A stretch of 55,291 nucleotides of DNA, filler included, from Bipalium vagum (lineage: Eukaryota): the NCBI GenBank assembly GCA_037834085.1. It is 3 parts of 3 records of this genome, joined end to end, with 100 filler letters (N's around TTAATTAATTAA, not from the genome) between each part and the next. Parts side by side here need not be neighbours in the genome. Positions count along the whole stretch, not along the records: positions 36,254 to 55,291 come from JBBMKC010012958.1; 2 more parts are not named here. One strand, written 5' to 3'. Shown in pieces: positions 51,478-55,291 of this stretch. The position numbers were made by a program, and so were the translations under genes. The notes below the pieces were generated by a model. That model was given only the letters and a program-made list of their open reading frames with translations. It ran no database searches and was not told the origin of the DNA. Numbering within the stretch: the stretch's first letter is position 1; every line of letters begins with the position of its first letter.

Positions 51478-53954
51478 GCAACGGGTGCGCGCACCGACCA
51501 TTTATTTTTTGTTCATCTTTTTCTGTAAAAAAAATTTACCTTATATCGATTTAAGGCTGTAATAAATGTCTGAAATGACTATGTAAATTGTTACGTTTTT
51601 CTCGTTTGCTTGCATCTTGATTGATCCAATTATAGATTTGTATAGATATTTTTATTTTTGTTAATAATTCCATTTGCCAGTAGTCTTATCGATATAGTTA
51701 TGATAAATAAATTCAGAAAAGGTTATTATCAACTGTTTGATAATATATATTGGAGAATAGTTTATTTCTCCGAAAATAGAAACTAAATTAATCAAAATAT
51801 ATAATTTTGTTGGTTTACAGGACTGTTGCTATTTGAATATAAAGTAGTTTTATATTATTTTTATAATAATACTAAATAATTATTATTGTTGTTTATAATA
51901 ATTAATTTTAGTTTTATTATTCATTGATTAACATTATTAATATTGATCATTATATTATTTTTATAATTATAATTTTTATCTATTTATCATTTTAAAATTT
52001 ATGAAAATTTCACATTCGTTTTCATAATAATATTTATTTGATGGTAGAATGTAATATCTCAAAAATTAATAATATAAAAATTTTATTTTCTATTTCGTTT
52101 TATATTTTAATATAATTTCATATATTCTTTATTTTATGAAAATTAGAGATTTATGTCCGACTTAAATCTTTTTAAATTTGGTTAAATAAGTTTTCGCAGT
52201 TAATTAGCATAGTTGTAATTGATTATCGTGTTTCAAAAATATGTCATAGTTTTCACTATATTCACCTTAACCTCATTTTCAAGTCTAACATTTGACTGAA
52301 AGATTTATATTGCCAACTTACTAATTATAAAATTTATTTGACAAGTAACTGAAATATCTTTTTAAAGGAAATTTAATTTTAAATAATTCATTTATAATAA
52401 TCTCAATTTGAATCATAAAATAAAAAATTTAGATATTAACCATAGTTCACAAAATATTACATATCGTGTGAAAAAGATATTTGACTCTCTTTTAAAGCTC
52501 ATTTTGGTATACTGGAATGAAATATTTTTATAAAGCTTTTATTTATAGATAATTTCAAAAAGTGAAATATGAAAATAAAATAATTTGAAGCTCATAAACT
52601 GTGTTTCAGAAAAAATATGTCAGATTTATACATTCTATAAATTTTTTTGTACATGCAATATCATGATAATATATATTATCTGGATTTAGGATTTGAATAC
52701 TACTTGTGTTTGATTACCTTTTTGTTTAATCAGACTTATGTCAATAAATATGTCGACTACTAAAATTTATATTCGAAAATTAATAGCGGATAAGTACAAA
52801 ATGTTAACACAAAATCTTCAGTATTTTAATGTTTTACTAGTATAATAACCATGATGACAATAAATTTCATTGAACTTCTATTCAAAATAAAAAAGAGGAA
52901 ACAAATTAATCGTTAGTGATAGTCACATCAATATTTAATTCCTTTATAAGTAATCATCGAATATAATGTCAATTGGTTCTTGTCTACAAGTTCGAGTTAT
53001 TTCTTAAACTCCCTAACCTATTTGCAATATTAATGATAATACAAAATATATTAATCATATAGCAAAAAAACTTTTGAAAAAAACGATTATTTAGTAATTA
53101 GTGAATTGAAAATTATTAAAATGATGTGTAATAAAAGTAAAATAACCATAGAGGTCAAATAAATAATAATAAAATGAAAATAAACTAAAGAAAAACGGGT
53201 TCACTAAAAGGGAATTAATCCTGGGTCCAACCAACCAAGAGTTTTCTATCAGTTCATTCCGTGATCCATCGAATTGATCAATATTGAAAAACACATCGAA
53301 TTTTTATAACGATTGTTTCTGCCAACTGAGTTATCTGTGAATTCGTAATGATCACTTTTTATTTGAAAATTTTTATCTATTTCTTTTCAATTGCTTTACT
53401 GTAGGTAGCTCTATGAACTCCTTGTATATGATAAAGTCGCAGAACTGTCGTTTATCCAATCATAGGCAGCTGCTGCTGCCAATGAAACAAAAATAATGAA
53501 TTTAGGTAGCAGAATTTTCCCTAAGCCCATTGGGGCAAAAAGAAAAAATAATTGAAACAGCTCAATTAGGCAGACATTAATATTTATTTCGAAGTTTTAT
53601 TATTATATCCATATTATTATATGAACGAAACGATATTATAACTGAGAATATAAAACCAATATTTTCATAACTACTTTTTCTTTGATATTGTATACATGGT
53701 TGGATTAAGTACATTGATTTATTTATTTTTGAATTCTCTTTTCATCATTAGGGATTTAAAATACTCTGAATGTGTTTGGTAATACTTAATTATTAAATTA
53801 ATCTTGGATGGAAGGTGAATTTGTCAAATGATTATTCAATAAAAATTCAAAAATAAAAATTACATAATTACTATTTACATTTTTATTATTTATACAACAC
53901 AAATTAATAAATAATTCAAAATAAGACAAAATAAATATTACAAAAAAGGAAATA

Positions 53955-54539
53955 TTAAACATTCATATTATTAAAATAACATGAATTGATTCCGGAAAAA
54001 TTAAATCCAGTATATTGAGTGTTCTGGTATTCTTTGATAGTTCTTGGATTCAAATGATGTGGATGTATCAGCCGATAGAAAAAGAACACAAAATATGGCA
54101 AAATAATTACAAGAGGAATTAAAAGAAGATAAAGGTATCCTTTATCGAACGTTTTACAAATTCCAGAAACAATATATGTGGAGCAATTTTCGCAACCATA
54201 AATATCAGCAACGGAACTGTAGTATTTCGGTGTTTGATATTGGAGAGATGAAACTAATATCTGATATTTCTGACGGTGTTTTAGTTGAAACTCACCAATA
54301 ATAAAATTTTGATAACAAAAAGCCATTTGAGAATCAATAACAATTTTAGAGCTGACAGATATAAGAGAAAAATTAAATATTTCTAGATTTTCCATGTCAC
54401 ATTCAAGAATAAATTCAAGAACACTACAGTTGCGATACCATATATAAATTCCTCCTTCATAATTCTTTGATAATACATTTGAAAAAATGATAGAGCCTAA
54501 AATAATACTTTTACTGATTATGAATGCTCCACTTAACAT
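53955..54539 (-). CDS. Intronless 194-aa putative type I membrane protein (orphan)
   Basis: 222 stop-free codons in very AT-rich DNA. The ATG at 54539 is followed by a hydrophobic signal-like stretch, a Cys/NxS-containing region, a TM-like segment YLYLLLIPLVIILPYFVFFFY and a short Tyr-containing tail. Confidence 0.5.
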   Translation of the reverse strand: MLSGAFIISKSIILGSIIFSNVLSKNYEGGIYIWYRNCSVLEFILECDMENLEIFNFSLISVSSKIVIDSQMAFCYQNFIIGEFQLKHRQKYQILVSSLQYQTPKYYSSVADIYGCENCSTYIVSGICKTFDKGYLYLLLIPLVIILPYFVFFFYRLIHPHHLNPRTIKEYQNTQYTGFNFSGINSCYFNNMNV

Positions 54540-54729
54540 TTTCACAAATATGTAGAATTTGAAATGTTTGAGAGTATTTAAATATACATTAAGAAATACA
54601 AACAAATATAAATTAATTTGCATTTACAGGTTTATGCAGAAATATATAGAAAAATATTCAAAATATATATTCCATTCAAAAATATATAATCATATTCAAA
54701 ATTTATAGAAAATTATTCGGAAATATATA

Positions 54730-55152
54730 GAAAAAAATTCTCATTTGAATTTGATCGCATTTTAGTCAGCCAAAGTACTGTTTCAAGAATTTTACGTCAC
54801 ATGAATTATACCAGAAAGCGATTAGTCAGAGTTCCCGAAGAAAGAAATAATAGTAAAAGCATTGAGGCTAGACAGCTTTATATTAGAGACATTGAGTACA
54901 TTGAAAACTGTATGCTGGTTTACTTGGATGAAACAGGGGTCAACTTACACCAAACCAGAATTTTTAGCAAAAATGATAAAGAACAACGAGATATGATTAT
55001 TGACAATTCCCCGCTCCCAAAATACTTTTATTGCCCTCATAATAATATTGTGTTTTATTTCGATTACCAGCTTGGTACTTTTCAGTTTTTATTTCATAAA
55101 ATATCTAATTAATAAAAAATATTGTCGTTTTAAAAATGATTATGAAACCCCT
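54730..55152 (+). mobile_element. IS630/Tc1-like transposase fragment with right terminus
   Basis: VSQSTVSRILRHMNYTRKRLVRVPEERN...LVYLDETGVNLH, then a deletion; terminus ttatgaaaccccta. Confidence 0.75.
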
Positions 55153-55291
55153 ATGGTTAAACCAGTCATGTACGAAATGGCCGTATTATAGCAACTACAG
55201 TTAAAAGCAGGGATTTTTATTCAAATCCACTTGCTTTAACGTATTGCGACTCATTATTAACACACATCTATTAACCAAATTTGATAGAATG

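Overview
Very AT-rich, intron-containing animal-type genomic DNA. Introns of 40-65 nt, abundant (AAT)n and a heavy Tc1/mariner load would fit a flatworm such as a planarian, but that is inference only. The window is three contigs joined by two artificial 100-nt spacers (N44-TTAATTAATTAA-N44 at 16921-17020 and 36154-36253), so adjacency across them is not established. Contig 1 holds three phase-compatible exons of an unidentified Ser-rich protein among decayed transposons. Contig 2 holds the last five exons of UDP-N-acetylglucosamine pyrophosphorylase (UAP1), whose 9.3-kb intron is packed with TIR transposons. One of these is an unusual 2.35-kb element in which a single TIR pair encloses two different Tc1-family transposase genes in tandem, the second apparently with host-sized spliceosomal introns. 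Contig 3 begins with a Maverick/Polinton-like PLA2-integrase remnant, followed by a complete 29-exon virilizer (VIRMA) gene of about 1918 aa, an intronless orphan membrane-protein ORF and an IS630/Tc1-like fragment. All family calls come from motif recognition by eye; no searches were run.
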